A stretch of 54,108 nt of DNA, the filler included, from Bipalium vagum (lineage: Eukaryota): assembly GCA_037834085.1 (NCBI GenBank). It is 3 parts of 3 records of this genome, joined end to end, with 100 filler letters (N's around TTAATTAATTAA, not from the genome) between each part and the next. Parts side by side here need not be neighbours in the genome. Positions count along the whole stretch, not along the records: positions 1 to 15,900 come from JBBMKC010139258.1; 2 more parts are not named here. One strand, written 5' to 3'. The first letter of the stretch is position 1. Each line of letters starts with the position of its first letter. The position numbers were made by a program, and so were the translations under genes. Below, in pieces: positions 1-14,113 of this stretch. A model generated the notes under the pieces. The model searched no databases, was not told the origin of the DNA, and saw only the letters and a list, made by a program, of their open reading frames with translations.

Positions 1-499
1 GTTTGCACAACAGTTAGGGTTGGCAAATCTTCTCAGGACCTTACCACAGGTTACAAGATAACTGTGTAAGGATTTAGAAATTCTCTTTTAAAAATCCATT
101 GTAAGCTAAAATTTTTACAAATAAAAATATTTGTATTTAAATTGTTTTGTGATTTGTTTTTGTTCCGAACTACAGGCCATAATTCCTTCTGATAAGTCAG
201 TTAGTTCATGTTAAGTGACCCTTCAGCAGTTTGTCGATTTGTTAACGTTTAAATTAAGTCAATTTTAGGGAAGCTTAACAAAGTTATTGTTCCGTCGTCT
301 CTAGGGATTATTTTACTGGATGTTCCTTTATACTGAGACTCTAGTAGCTGCTTTTTAAAGATTTTGTTGATATTCTTTATGTCAGACTGGGATATATTAT
401 TTTTTCCTTTGTGTTTTTGTTGTTTCTTCTAATAATATATTAATTTCTAATCTTGTGTACAGTGTTACTGTCTTAAAAAGACTTAACTATTGAAAACCA

Positions 500-1370
500 A
501 AAAAGGATGCCACAATTGATACGGGCCATTTACGATGGGGAAAAGATCTGAAGAGGGAAAACAAGTTACAATGACAAGCACCGATTTTAGTCACAGATAC
601 GAATCAATGCTAGATCGATGTAATGATTGAAGAAGACTGGAAAATCGTCATGAAAAATGTTGCATATGGTATTAATGTATCTTATGATTCTGTCCATTCA
701 ATGATCCATGGTTTGGGATATAAAATGTATGTACTAAGTAGGCTCCTTGATTGGTAGCGAAAGACTTGAAGTTGAAAAGACTCGAAATCTGTTCTGAGCT
801 TTTGCAAATGTTTGAATCCTGAAATGACTATTTCTTTTCAAATATTGTTACAGGTGATGGAACTTGGATTAATCCAAGAAAAATACAGTAAAGGGGTTGG
901 CGAAATCCATCTTCCCATCAGCAAAAAAGTCTAAAACAAAAAGATCTGGAAAAAGATTATGACGCCATACTCTTGGGATAAAGATGATTTAATCGTTACT
1001 GACTTCCTGGATCATTGCAGAACAATAAGCAACACGTCATACATTACTACTTTGCATAAGCCTACGAACAGCAACAGGAAGAAGAAAAAACAGAAAGAAA
1101 AAGAATTTCATCGAAGTTCATCACAACGACACACGGCTGAACCCTTCGTTATAATTCTTTTTGGAAAAATGGAGTGGTCTGTCTTCCCTCATCCACTATA
1201 CAGTCTTGATTCATCTCCATGAAATTTTATTTGTTTAACCCTATCAAAAGCTTTTTGCATGAACAGCGGCTCGATACTATAGAAGAATTCAAGAGAACTT
1301 TGAAGTCATGATTCAAAAACTTCCATTAATGTTTTTTCAAAAAGGATTTAACAGTTGAATTAAAAGATAC
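500..1370 (+). mobile_element. Decayed mariner transposase
   Basis: NIVTGDGTWI, WDKDDLIVTDFL..TISNTSY, WSVFPHPLYSLDSSP (HPPYSPDLAP). Confidence 0.85.
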
Positions 1371-1399
1371 TTCACTTCATTCTCCACAGTGAACAATCC

Positions 1400-2281
1400 A
1401 GAGTCTACAGTATTAGTTTTCCAGATTTAAAGAAGAAAATTTCGATCTGGGAAGACCGTTAATACTCTGGATGTCCTTCAGATGTTAATGAGACATTGTA
1501 AGGCATTTAATGTAGGAAGATCCACAACTAACATTGAGTAAAATGAAGACTATAACACATTGGAAACAATGACAATATCCCGTCATATAAAGGAAATTTT
1601 TAAGACTATCAAAGCTGAAAATTGGGTCCGGGGGATGAAAAATGAGTGACTACGACAATCCTAAGCTCACAAGACAAAGGGTTTCTTGAGACCAAGCCTT
1701 AGTATCAACAGAAAAATTCAGTTTTAAAGGACAGAAATTGATTTTTTACCGGTTTGGTGGGGAATGACTAGTGTTACCAATTATGAACTGCTAAAAGCTG
1801 ACCAAGCTGTCACCGTGCAACTCTATTGTGATCAAATTAAGCGTCACCATGAAAATCGCCAAGAGAAATTCCTAACATTGGTAATCAGAAAATGGGTCAT
1901 CTGAAACATGATGATGCTAAACCACATGTTACCATGAGGACACCGGAGAAAATAAGCAATATAAATGAGAAATTCCTCCGCACCCAATTTACTGCTCAGA
2001 TTATCATCTTTTCAGATCAATGCAACACTTCTTAGCCAGGAAAAAAGATTTCGTTCCTCTGAAGATGCTAAAAAGAGTTTCGATCACTTTATCAACAGTA
2101 AAACCCAAGGATTTATAAATGAGGAATAGAAAGTCTTCTTTGTAAATTGAGACTTGTCATAGAAAATGAGTGAGACTATCTAAACAAATAAATAAATAAT
2201 AAAATGTTATCTTTATCTTGGTTTTTTACATTGTAAAGTGTAAGTAAAAAACAACAGAACCTATGAACGGACATAATATAT
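1400..2281 (+). mobile_element. Decayed mariner transposon with 3' TIR remnant
   Basis: WVP remnant, WWGMTSVTNYELLK..Q.VT...YCDQ, HDDAKPHV, DYHLFRSMQHFL; ends ...acggacataatata. Confidence 0.85.
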
Positions 2282-2554
2282 AAAACTTTCAAAACTTCTT
2301 TTTAATATTTTTAAAAAATTATTAAAATTTGATTAACAAAAAAAAATCACAAAAAATATAAAAATAAATCAATTAAATATAAAAAAATATAGATAAAATC
2401 ACGAATATCATTGATTATTAAAGAAAAATGTCATAAATCAATTCTATTGAATAAAAATAAATTATTATTATTAAAAATAATATAATAGCAACTCCCATTT
2501 TATAATAATTATTAATTTATTATTATAATATCATCAGCATCGTAATAACAACAG

Positions 2555-4605
2555 ACGGGATTCACCAAAGGAAGCTCCTTTTCACTCTTTAAGAGTATTG
2601 GAGATAACTCTCAGCCAATTAAAGTAAAGGAAGTGATGATAAAATTTTTTATTAGCGCTGAGGGTGATAGTCATATGTAAAATCTGAATTCCAAATGAGC
2701 TCCAAACCCTCACAGGGTTATCATGAATTGAACAGTTCCCTTTTGAACATCACCTCGGTGTCGACGAACAATTCTCCCCTGTTGAGACGATTACAGATCA
2801 ACAAGATCAAGCATCTTTTCCAGTTTAAAAGCAAAATATCTCCACTTGCTAAGGATATAACCAATTACCAAGAATGTCTTGTTAGTTGATTTCTTTAAGA
2901 TAATAATTAATTAATTATATAATTTATTATTAAAAATTAAAAATTAAATTTTTTTATTAAAATTATTTGTTTAAGTGGATTTATTATAATTTTATTTTCT
3001 GTGATTTATATTTAATATATAATTATTTTTTGACATAATTATAATGATGAAAATGATTAAAATCAATATATGTATATTGGTTACATAATTAAAACAAATT
3101 AATTTTTATAATAATATATTATTTTTAATATTTCGCAAAAATATTATTCCAACTATTTTTACTTGAGACCAAATATTAAAACAAAATTTTCGGTTACAAT
3201 TTTAAATAAAATAAATAATATTCTAATTCATTTATAAAATATAAGTTATTTATTGTTTTAATTAAAGTTTCATTCTGAAATGTAATTTCCTTTGGATTTG
3301 TTTGATCTCGATTTTTGTATTAATGTAACATTGCCAGCAAAATTCCCGAATTAAAAGGATTTTATAAGTAGTATAAAAAGTAAATAAAAAGGCCCCACTC
3401 AAGTTTATATATTGATTGAAGAAAAAAAATAACGAAATGAATAAAAGTTTACTCAGAAGACATTTAATAATCAAGAAAAGAATTGATCTTCAATATTTAA
3501 CTCATCTGCCTAACAATGTTACACTACGAAAGACGAGGTGATATAAGCTGTAAGATAGGGTGGACTGTAATACCATATGCTTAGGACCTCTGACAAGTTT
3601 GAGAATAAATAGTTTTCATGAAGAAAATGCTTTATTCTGAAAGGATAGAGATAAAACAGTGTTAGGAAGAAGGAAGACAATTCGGTGAAGAGTATTTTGT
3701 TTTTACTCAGAATTCATAAGGGCTTTTACAAATCATTTTTCTTTTTACGAGTCCTTATTCAATTCTATTTGATTAAACACACTTAACCTACGATCTTTTG
3801 CAATGCTTTGGACTCAAATTTCTTCATTTCTATTATATCCAGGTCTTGATATTAAATGGAGGTACATTGATAATATTCACTGGTCATATGATACCAGGAA
3901 ATATATCGAAATATTAGTGTTCAAAGAACACTTCAGGGTGCAAGGTCGAACTGATTCGCACTGGAAACCATAAAAGGGTTTTTTATAAAGAAGAATTAAA
4001 AATAAAAAAAAGATGACCAAATTTCAAGAAAGTGCTGGTGATCATAATGACAGTCAAATCAAATTCATTCTCCACTATGAAGACGTCCACCTGTCAAGAT
4101 CCTGATGGTCTTTGACACTAGTTCCCACTATCAACTTATATTATCTTAATAACAAAAGATTTTCACTTTAATTAATGAAAATAAATCGATTTATCAATGT
4201 AATTAAAATAACAAAAAATATCAGATTAATTAATCAATTTTTTTATATATATTTAAAAAAAGAGAAATGAAAATATTTTTTATATTTGGAAAAAATAAAT
4301 ATTAAATTTTCATTTTTATACAATTCAAACAAAATAAATAATAATACTTGATTTTGATAATATTTTTTTTTCATAAAAATATTTTTCAAAAGGAAATTCA
4401 ATTATTCAGAAAATCTGTTTTTGAACTGATTTCTCCTCCGTATTTTATGACAACTTGTTGAGAGAGGATGGAAAACTTCCTCGTTTTATTACTGTTTTAA
4501 ATGAGATCATTACGTCAAGAAATGTTATGTAAGAAATCATAAAATTAACAATGATAAATAAAGTAATACGTACCATTAATAAGTTTTAATACAATAATAA
4601 TAAAG

Positions 4606-4638
<33 letters not shown>

Positions 4639-7600
4639 TAATATTACTAATACTAATTATCAGAAAAAAGTATAACTGTTAGCATCGATTTCAACAAAAT
4701 CAGTAATAGTTTGAACAATATATTTTGAATGTCTTTCTCAAACAATAATATTAAAACAAATTTTCCATTCTTCATTAATCAATATATTTTGTCATTAAAT
4801 ATCAAAATTCATTTCAATAAAAATTCTTTTAAAATAAATATTAAAATTAAATTAATTAAAATTTAAATTAGGCGCAATATAAAAATTTAAAAATTAGAAA
4901 TCTGTTTAAACACTCACAATAACAATGAGTTTTTAAAAGTGTTAGTGATTGCATTATCTACAGACATAACAAGGACATTTCAAGAACGTATTTCGATAAC
5001 GGCTTTCGAATGTTTTCAAATTTCCAACCTCAATTTTTGATATTTAAACAAACTCATTGATACCAAGTTTTTAAAAATAACTTTGTTAATTATTTTTTTA
5101 AAGAAAATATTTTAAAAAGATTTTAAAGTTCTTGCCTAATGAACATCGATAAAAAAATGGTGTTCTTCTTGTTAGTCATGGATGAAACTCCAGATATTAA
5201 AGGTACGGTCCAAAAAAAGAGTCGACAAAGTAATGAATGTAACGGAAGAACTTCTCAGGAAACAACAGAAAACAATATTAAAGATGGGGACTTGAATGCC
5301 TGGAAGATCATAAACTTGATTTAAAAAATTTAACTGGCATTGTTATAAACGGTGCACCTTCAATGGTCAACAAGAATAATGGAGCTGTAACATTAATTCG
5401 AAAACATTAATTCATAATTTAAAACAAATGACATTCAGAATTATAACAGCCATGAGAACAACTTTTCTTTGCGAATTATTTTTTTTTCCAAATATTTAAA
5501 ATACAAAAATTTGTAAAAAACAACAGATGAGAATTTAAACAATCAACCCTATTGCTATTTTTCTAATCGACCGGTTAGTATAATAATTTTGGCAAGCAAA
5601 AGTGAAAACAATTTTCACCTTGAATACCATTTTATTGATTGAAATATTAATTTTAAATAACTTTTTCTATTGATTTTATCTAATACTTTTTTTTATAAAT
5701 AATTATAATAATTGCATGAAATGAGGGTTGAGGCACACTTCAACTTTTTGAAATTTTATTTGGTCCAGTAATGGTTTCCGGTTGGACAATGCTTAAAATT
5801 AAAATTTTTAGTTACCTTTTTTCAATTTTTAATTTATAAATTAAATTTAAATTACAATTAAACGTTTAGAATTATTTTAATAATATCCTTACAATAATTA
5901 TATTACATAAAAATAATAAATTGCTAATAAGTATTTGTTTTAATAATAGAAAATTAATAAATTAAAAATGTTAAAATTAGAATAATAACAATCAATAATA
6001 ATTATTAAATTATAATCATACGAGGAATAATAAAAGAAAATAATAATAGAAATGAAAAATAATAATTGATAACTGATACTTATTAATAATTAAAAATTCT
6101 TTTATATATTAATGGTAATTAATTATAATAACATTTATGATTTATTATTATGATTAATTATTTTTTCTTATTTTTAAAAGATTAATATAATAAAAATCTT
6201 ATTTTTCCAAATTATGTTAAAAACAAAGTAACATTATTATTTTTTTTATTACTAATATTTATTTCGTTATCTTTTTAATTTTTTAATTCTGATTTATCAA
6301 AAATTAATAATTTAATGAAAAACTTTAATTAACATTTAACGAAAAAATAAAATAATTGATTCTAATTAATATAAACTATTTCCGGTTCAAATTCCAAGGT
6401 TTTTAAAATAATAAATTATTTTATTTAATTTTTCACCGGCCCTACTTCAAGTACGAATAATAACGAGAACGTCGTGAAGCAATAAAATTTAATATTAAAA
6501 AAAGGGAATCGTTTTTTAATGGAAACTCATTGAAAAAATCCAGCTAATTTAAATTTTATTAATAATAAATAATAATATAAACAAACATATAGTAAATACG
6601 AATATTCGTTAAATACGGACATTTATTATAGGAAATATACATTGAATATCAAAGTAATTAGATGGATAGGTATATGAACAGGGACATGGCCCCTCCAACC
6701 TCCGAACTGTTATCGTCGAATGGCTGACATTATCAGACTGATCTAAGGTTGAAAAAATTTCGCAATATTCAATGCTGAATTACATGGGTAAAATTCCCCA
6801 ATACGAAAATGCCTCCGTGACCCATTTTCTCTCAAGTGATATACGAAAATGAAATGGGAAATGTGAATTAACAGGTTTAGTGCAAAGTGATATACCGAAT
6901 GAAACTGAATTTTATGCTTCACTTTGTGATCTCTCCAACATAAAATGTTGCAGTCGATTTTATCAACTCAATGAACATTATAAGGAAGAAATGAGGGATC
7001 TTCGTACTAATATTTTTCGTGGTTTCACTGGAGGTTTTCCCTAACCACAGTCAACGTTGGTCTAACTTGTCAATATCAACATTTGCTGCGCTCTAATGGT
7101 CATTCACAAAGTGGTCGTAAAAAATCTACAAAAAATTAGATGAAAATTTGTTAAATTCTGTAAAAAAATTTTAGTTACTATTTTGGTGCAAAAAATTTTT
7201 TCATGGTCAGCTATAGAAATAATTTTGGAAAACATTTTCGGCTTAATTTATCAAAAATTTGTTCAGCTTTTACTTTTCATTGAACATATACCAAAATTAT
7301 TGGGTAGACAAGAACGCACTTGTCGATTTTTTACAAAGAGACATTTAAATTCAATTTAACTGTATTTTAAATAAAATAGTCATTGTTTAAATAATATTAT
7401 AAAATAATCGATGGATTCAAATTTCTATCCGAAGATTACTTATCTAGATTGATTTTTTTTGGTTAGTAGCTTTCAGTTTTTAATATGGAAGATTGGAACG
7501 CCCATTTGAGGCATATTTTTCAACGGAAAAAATGAATCACAAGGTGAAGGGTATGTGGAGGATGCACTAAGATTCAATGTCTAAAGTTGTTTGAGAATTT

Positions 7601-10600
7601 TGGTGATTTTTCATTCAAAGGTAAGCAACGATCTAGTCGTCCACTATATGTCAATGACAACGAAATCAAAGACTTAACCATTGAGGATCGCCACAAAACA
7701 ACGCTTGTCATTGCAAAGAAACTTGGTGCAATATTTGTAACTATCGAAATTTATATCAATTTTTGCATATAAATTTAAGAGGTTTTATGAGTTTTGAATT
7801 TTTATGCTTCCCGGAAGAAGATAACAGGTTCTTGATAACAAATAACCATTCATAATTTGACACGAAAATGTTTTTCATATAGTCTCATGTTTTCTGTTTC
7901 CTCAGAGAATCGGCAATTACCTTCAGCCAATCCAATAGTTTGGAAATTATTTATATATTCTTCTAAAAGAAGTACAGGGAAACAGATTTAGGATATTATT
8001 TTTTTTGTTTCTCCACAATTGATTTCAACTGGTCATTATTTATCTGAGTAATTTATTCTCTATTGCTTTTGCTCTGCAATCTCAAAAACTTGAAATCAGA
8101 AAAATCAATATTAAGGATTTTTATATAATACAAGGAGTCAATTAATAAGCTGTACAACTTTAGGAGTGAATAGCAAAAGAACTCTTCAATGTGGTCTATA
8201 ATTCTTTAATATGAAATCAAAGACACGATATTTATTTATTTTCGAAATGTTCTTCCTTAGCTTCTTTGAAATGATGTAATCTACCGGGAACAGAAAAATA
8301 AACTTTTTCACTAAATTTTTTTCGATTGGCATTTTGGTAAATGGGTCAATAATTCCTTGTTTCAAATCTTGCAGTAAAAGAATTGGTAGTGAAAAACTAT
8401 CTTCTTAATATGCGCTCACACAAAAAAGTCCGGTGATCTTGGTGGTCAATCAATAGCTCTTCTTCAACTAATCACTTTCCAGTAAAATGTTGCCATAGGT
8501 AGTCTCGAATTGCTAAAGACCAATGGGCAGGAGCGTCATCTTGCATAAAGACCATTGAGGAAGCTGTGGGTAATTGATTTAAACCAGATAAAAAATAAGC
8601 TTGCAAAATATCCATGTTATTTGGGGAAGAAATAGTGTCCAATCAAACCACCAGCATAAACACAGCCCAGATCATTCAAATTGATCGACCTCTTTACTCT
8701 CAGATAAGGACTGTCTAATGACTAATAAGCGCTATTGTGTCTGTTCACACAGTCGTCGATATGAAATTTAGCTTCGTCGTTCCACAGAAAAAGCCTTAAA
8801 GATTTGTATATTTGTTATTTTTCCACTTGCCTCTCAAAACAATCTTCTGTCAACGTTTCATTATTAGGTTGAAATATTATTGAATAAGAACAGTCATAAA
8901 ATTGAGATTAAAAATTTTCATTTTTTATTGGCCAAATTAATTCGACAGGATATCTTGACTGCTTGCAAACGTCTACGTCCTTAAGATTCAAATTTATAGA
9001 CGATATTATGGAGCAGAAATCTCTGAACAACAAAACCTGCCTGTGTAAAGTTTAAAGAAAGAAAAATCACAAAAGGAAACTGCACAAAATTATCATATGC
9101 AGTCAATTCTACGATTGCGATTTTGAGGTAATTAAAAGAGTAAATGAAAACCAAAAATATTATTCATGTTCCCTAGCTAAATATACACGGAGTACATATT
9201 AATAATTGATCTGTTCACTGTGATATTCCAATATCATAATCCCTCTGAATTCTCGGAGTACTCAGATCTCAGATTGTTTCATCTTCGTTTGATGATTTTT
9301 CTCGAACTCCTTGATGTCACTGAATCTTTACCCTTCCAAATCTGTTCAATTAACATCAAACACTCCGTTTCTAATCGAGTGCCTTAATCAACTCTTTACT
9401 TCGATGCCATTTGGTTCTTCCCATTAATGATGCAACAGATCTTTGTGTTTTGGATAATATCGTCGTAGGAAAAAGAATTTCCATTTCCATTTCCACCTCC
9501 ATTTCCAATTTCTTTTCAAACTTTGATACAAAGAAATAATTATTAAAAACGAGGGCAATTATGAGTTATGGAACAAAATAAATAATAACATCTTCCAAGG
9601 TTGAGGCAAAGCGAAACAATTTTTGTTTGAATGGATAATCAGAGTTTCTGAGAACGACTACCATAATTGCAAATGTGCGAAACTCCTTTATGGGGAAAAG
9701 TATCATATTATTTATTTTCAGATAAAATTGGGCAGAAATATACGATTGTGGGTAAAATGAGAATATCGCCAACTTTCCCAACTAAGATTATTGATATTTG
9801 ATTTCAGATTCTGAGTAATTTTCCTGAAATTAAGGGATTAGAAAAAATAATGGGAAAAATAATTTATTTCTCCCTGGTTTCTGAAATTTTGTAAAAACAG
9901 CCCACCCTTCGAAAAGTGTTTACAAAAGTTTGGTGTTGATAATTTCGGTCGTCAAATGGGAATTGAACCGGGGTCTTCTTCTGTGGACGAAGTGTTCCAG
10001 ATTTCTTACCTTTTTCCTCAACTGCCATTAAAACCAAAACAACAGATCTGGCTTTTGTAACGGTTTTAACCTGGATTCGAAGAAATGATTTCTTATTTAA
10101 GGGGTTAAAATATTTTTTACAGGTACAATGATTTTCTTTCTTTACTTTTTATAAAGTTTATTCCACTCATGTTATCTTCGTCGTTTTCCGATGAAAACAT
10201 TGAATTTATTCCAAGTCATTTTATAAGGGATGTCGTTTTTCAAAGTAGTCTTTCTTCATTACCTACAATACTCCCCCACCTCTGTTAGACTTTCAATACC
10301 ATTTTTCAAGACTCATATAAATCCATCTTGACCTCAAAAATCACTATGTTATCTATCCAAGAGGTGTTGAAGGCTGAAGAGTTTATTAAAATTGGATGTG
10401 GACATATAGCAAAAATGGTGGATAAAGAATGTTGTTCCACCTTTGTTTTGTAATCTCATTTTTGTTGCAGGTAACCTTGGATTTCCCAGTCGGTTTGACA
10501 GCTCCCTTCTTCATATCGGAGATAGTTTTTATTTTAAAAAAATTTATCAGTTTAGTGACAGTTCAACATTAAAGAGAAAGTGTTTTTGTTCTTGAATGCC

Positions 10601-13440
10601 AATATTTTAGTATTTTAGCTTTGTAGTGAGTCTTCGGTTATTATTCAATCAGGAAAACATTCAAAAGACTTTGAGAATAACAGAGACTCATTTTCTAAGT
10701 GCGATAAAACAAGAAAAGTCAATGAGAAGCCCGTAAATTCAATTTACAGATTTTCTTTTGTTGAGAGTTGTCATTTTTATTAGTTCGCCTACGGAGGCAA
10801 TGTCATCCTGGTTCACAATAGCTTGCAAATTAATAACGGTTGTTGAGAAAACATCCGGTCTGACTTTGGTGCGAATTATTTTCATCAAAAATATTTTCCA
10901 ATACTCCAATTTATTGGATGATTTTGTCAATTAAATAATCTTTAAGACACACTAAAAGTTAATCATTGTTTAAATAATACCAAAGCTTGAATCATGAATC
11001 AAACTGAGCAGTTCAAAAGACACGTTAACGAGTTTTATAAAATCCACAAGAAGAAAGGAAAATAAATCACCATAGGTTATTTTATGGCTAAAAAGTATGA
11101 CTACTATATTATCCGAACCATTGAGATTGATTAAAATCATGAATTGACGCTTGTACTTGGCCGGAAAGCAAAGATAATGACAAATAATCATGTCAACATG
11201 TTTGATAACAGAAGTGAAATTTCTTATATACGGGTACTCCAAAATTCAATTGTCATTAAAAATACATTGTAAAAATGTTGGGATCGACGGCATGAATCCG
11301 ATGAAGACAGAAAAGTAAAATTCCTTTATTTAATGATTATCAGATGTCCCTCAAAAATATGATGTGCCAGTCTAAATAATCCTTTACTTGGTTCATCGTG
11401 AGTTATAGATGAGTCTTATTTTCCTTTGTCACATATAAATAATGATGGATTCTTTACATGCGATGTCATAAAGTCCTCCAAATATAGAACTCATAGAAAG
11501 CTTAGCTGAGTCTATTTGAAGTAGAGTTGTTTATGTCCAAAAATATGGTGTTGTTGAATGTCAATGACTTAATAAAGCATAAATGATGTATATTTTCTAC
11601 ATCTTTCCATTCTTTATGTACATTTTTGAAGGGAGTTATGCCTCTTCAAATGCACCCGTCATTCTAAAAAAATTCTTTTTAATTTTTCCAAATTTAATGT
11701 TTCAACAATTGATAATGTAAAAATAAACAGGTACTCCAAAGCATTCGACTCCTCAATAATATTATTTAGCTTCTTTCTATTAACGAGAATCACAGTGAAG
11801 ATTAGAAGAAATATAATTAAATTAACAAATTTAAGGAGAAAGAAAACAGTAAAAAAAGAAATATTTTCTTCATTTTTCAGACTTCAGTGATTCTACATTC
11901 ATTTTCAATTTTATTATTAATATTTTTCTGATTATTTTTATCATTTTCCATAGATGTTATCAGAACCAAAGCAACTTTGCTGATTTATAATTTAAATACC
12001 GTGTTCAACACTAAGAAGAAGAAACTTAGAAATTCACTGGGGCTTTTTTATAGAGAATCATAGATATAGATTTGACAAAATTTAGAAATATTTTTTTAGC
12101 TCGGTGTTATTCAGATGCAAATCTTGATAAGACAGGTGAGAAAATGACGAGAAATAATATGATAATATGTTTGAAAGTAGTTAGAAATGATGAATATAAA
12201 TGATGAATTTACCATATGGCAGAGTTAAGTTGTCAAATATCAGGTTGAGAACAAGTAATTTCATATTTGTAAGCTTGTTTAATTAATATTTAATTAATTT
12301 GCAATTATTGAATTTATTTATGGATTTATAAATGTATTGATCTGTAAATATTTATTCAATTTATTCTAATAACTTCAAAATTTACAGCCTAAAATTATGG
12401 ATTTCACAAAGTCGCGGAACTGCGAACTCTTTCAGTTTAAGAGCGATTTCAACGAAATTGTTTCGATCAAGACCTTTTGAGCAATTTATCCAAATGATTT
12501 AAATTGGTTTAAATAGTTTTCAGAAGGTAATTTTAATTTGGAGGATCAACCAAGATTGGGAGTCCCAATTGTAGTGGATAATGACATGTGCGAGAAAATA
12601 TCAAATCAATTATGTATAAACCAAGTGTTTATCAAACTGAACAATGTAAAACAAGCAATTTGGAAAAAGATTTCTTCACCATATTAAAAGAAAATTACAT
12701 CATTTGGCTACGAAATCCTTCTATGTTAAACGTCTTAGATCTTGAAACTTTCATTTCTGATACCAAATTAAACTGGTTAAAGTTTTTTTTTATCGATAAA
12801 CCCAAGGAATTTTATGAACACAGAATTAAGATATTGACCTAAAAATGGTAAAATATTATTTATCACCATACATCATTTAATAAAAATATTACTTCATATT
12901 TTACAAGTCCTCGTTATTACTTATTTACCCTTACTTATTATGGTGACCTATTACCCTTATTAATTATATTATATACATTAACCTTATTACGAATTTACAC
13001 TTAAAATTCCTTTTATAAATAGTGACAAAATCAGACAAAAGAACAAATATTGAAAGCAAAAAAATCAAAAGTATTATTTGGAAGAAATTAATTCAAAAAA
13101 TGAAAGTTAAACATTTTTAGTAATTTTTTCAGAAGGTACCCACATAAAAATAAATCAAATATAAAATAAAAACATTCTCTAAGTTCATCTTTTAAGTTTT
13201 TTATCTCTTCGGTAATTCTACAATGCCTTCTCTGGGACGTTGCGCTCCTTCTGAAACGAAAGCTGCTTTCCCAAAAAGAGAAAATCACTTTTGTAATCAA
13301 TCCTAAATGGATTTTCCTCTACTTATTTTCCACTGACCAATTTCACTCAATTTCTTCAAAGTTAAGTTAATCTTCTTCTTATTCATCTTCAATTCTTCAC
13401 ATATATTTTTTCTAATTCATTGAAATTTTGATATCCGAGG
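2555..13440 (-). CDS. Probable large multi-exon gene (or pseudogene), unresolved; includes a winged-helix-like segment
   Basis: GC-richer islands bounded by GT/AG at about 2555-2890, 3265-4140, 6660-7130, 9180-10075, 10150-11800 and 13100-13440; minus-strand ORFs of 63-90 aa. Splicing across GTCAGT..TTTAG near 13305-13340 gives KNICEELKMNKKKINLTLKKLSEIGLITK (wHTH-like). Some islands also parse on the + strand. Confidence 0.3.
2629..2692 (+). ncRNA. Candidate box C/D snoRNA
   Basis: GGAA/TTCC terminal stem, box C GTGATGA (2633), D' CTGA (2658), C'-like TGATAG (2665), D CTGA (2684); no target recognised. Confidence 0.3.
5050..5470 (+). mobile_element. hAT (Buster/Charlie/GTF2IRD2-like) transposase fragment
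   Basis: FLLVMDETPDI (DES/TDI motif) followed by LTGIVINGAPSMV..NNGAV (TDGAPSM motif). Confidence 0.65.
7298..7937 (+). mobile_element. Internally deleted mariner with degenerate TIR pair
   Basis: 5' TATTGGGTAGACAAGAACGCACTTGTCGATT versus 3' reverse complement TATTGGATTGGCTGAAGGTAATTGCCGATT; GDFSFKGKQRSSRP..DNEIK HTH linker. Confidence 0.75.
8129..9000 (-). mobile_element. Decayed IS630-Tc1-mariner element (Tc3/rosa-like)
   Basis: LWNDEAKFHIDDCVNRHN, FMQDDAPAHW..IRDYL..HF, RSPDFF; TACAAGGAGT terminal remnant at 8129. Confidence 0.8.
12390..12900 (+). mobile_element. Decayed, internally deleted mariner
   Basis: WFK*FSEGNFNLEDQPRLG; C-terminal FFIDKPKEFYEHRIKILT*KW. Confidence 0.75.
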
Positions 13441-13799
13441 CTTTTTATAGATTTTATTTATTTATATTTTAATTTGTTTAACTGTACAAATTTATTAATT
13501 CTTACTTTTCAGGTGTTTTTATTGAAAAGTTAAAACTTATTTTGGCAAACTTTAAGGGAACGATACTAACTTTTAATGGGACCATGTTTTATTTAAAATT
13601 AAATCATATTAAAAGTAGCCAAATTTTTTATTAAGTATCATTACTATTATTTTTTATTTTTACAAGGGTTGAGTTCTAAGTCCTGTATAGAGTCATAAAA
13701 ATAAGGCAAAAATACTAAAATATATTCAGGCCTCTATAAAGAAATTCATGTCAAAAATAGAATAGAATTTATTTTAGACTAAATTTTAATAAAAAATGA

Positions 13800-14113
13800 T
13801 TAGTATTTGCTTCAATTTTTCATTATGATTGGCTGGTATTGCCAGAATGAAACTTCTGATACCAACGTTACACCTTACATTCGTTGAGAATTGGCTCACC
13901 ACAAACGTCGTTGATGTTTCGAGTGGTTTGAGCTGTACTTGTACTCATAGAAGAAAATATTGCGGAAATCGCATTTCGACATAAAAAAAAACAAACAATA
14001 CATTTCAAACAACTATTTATAAGATAAGCGTACAAATGACAAATAACATTTTGATTTAAACTTGACCTAAATAGAAAACATCAAAAACCTGCATTTATAT
14101 TGCATCAGCCTAA
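13800..14113 (-). mobile_element. Mariner 5' end (TIR plus transposase N-terminus)
   Basis: TIR TATTAGGCTGATGCAATATAAATGCAGGTTTT; MSKCDFRNIFFYEYK...AQTTRNINDVCGE..LNE. Confidence 0.75.

Noticed and set aside
9945-10030. tRNA gene on the minus strand (GGTTCAATTCCC B-box-like)
   Set aside because: The T-stem pairs only 2 of 5, there is no acceptor stem or D-arm, and the segment lies in an open exon-like frame.
3440-13440. TGA stop-codon reassignment, suggested by isolated in-frame TGAs in exon-like islands
   Set aside because: The three confidently parsed genes use TGG for every Trp and contain no internal TGA, TAA or TAG. The TGAs occur on both strands and are explained by wrong frames or introns.
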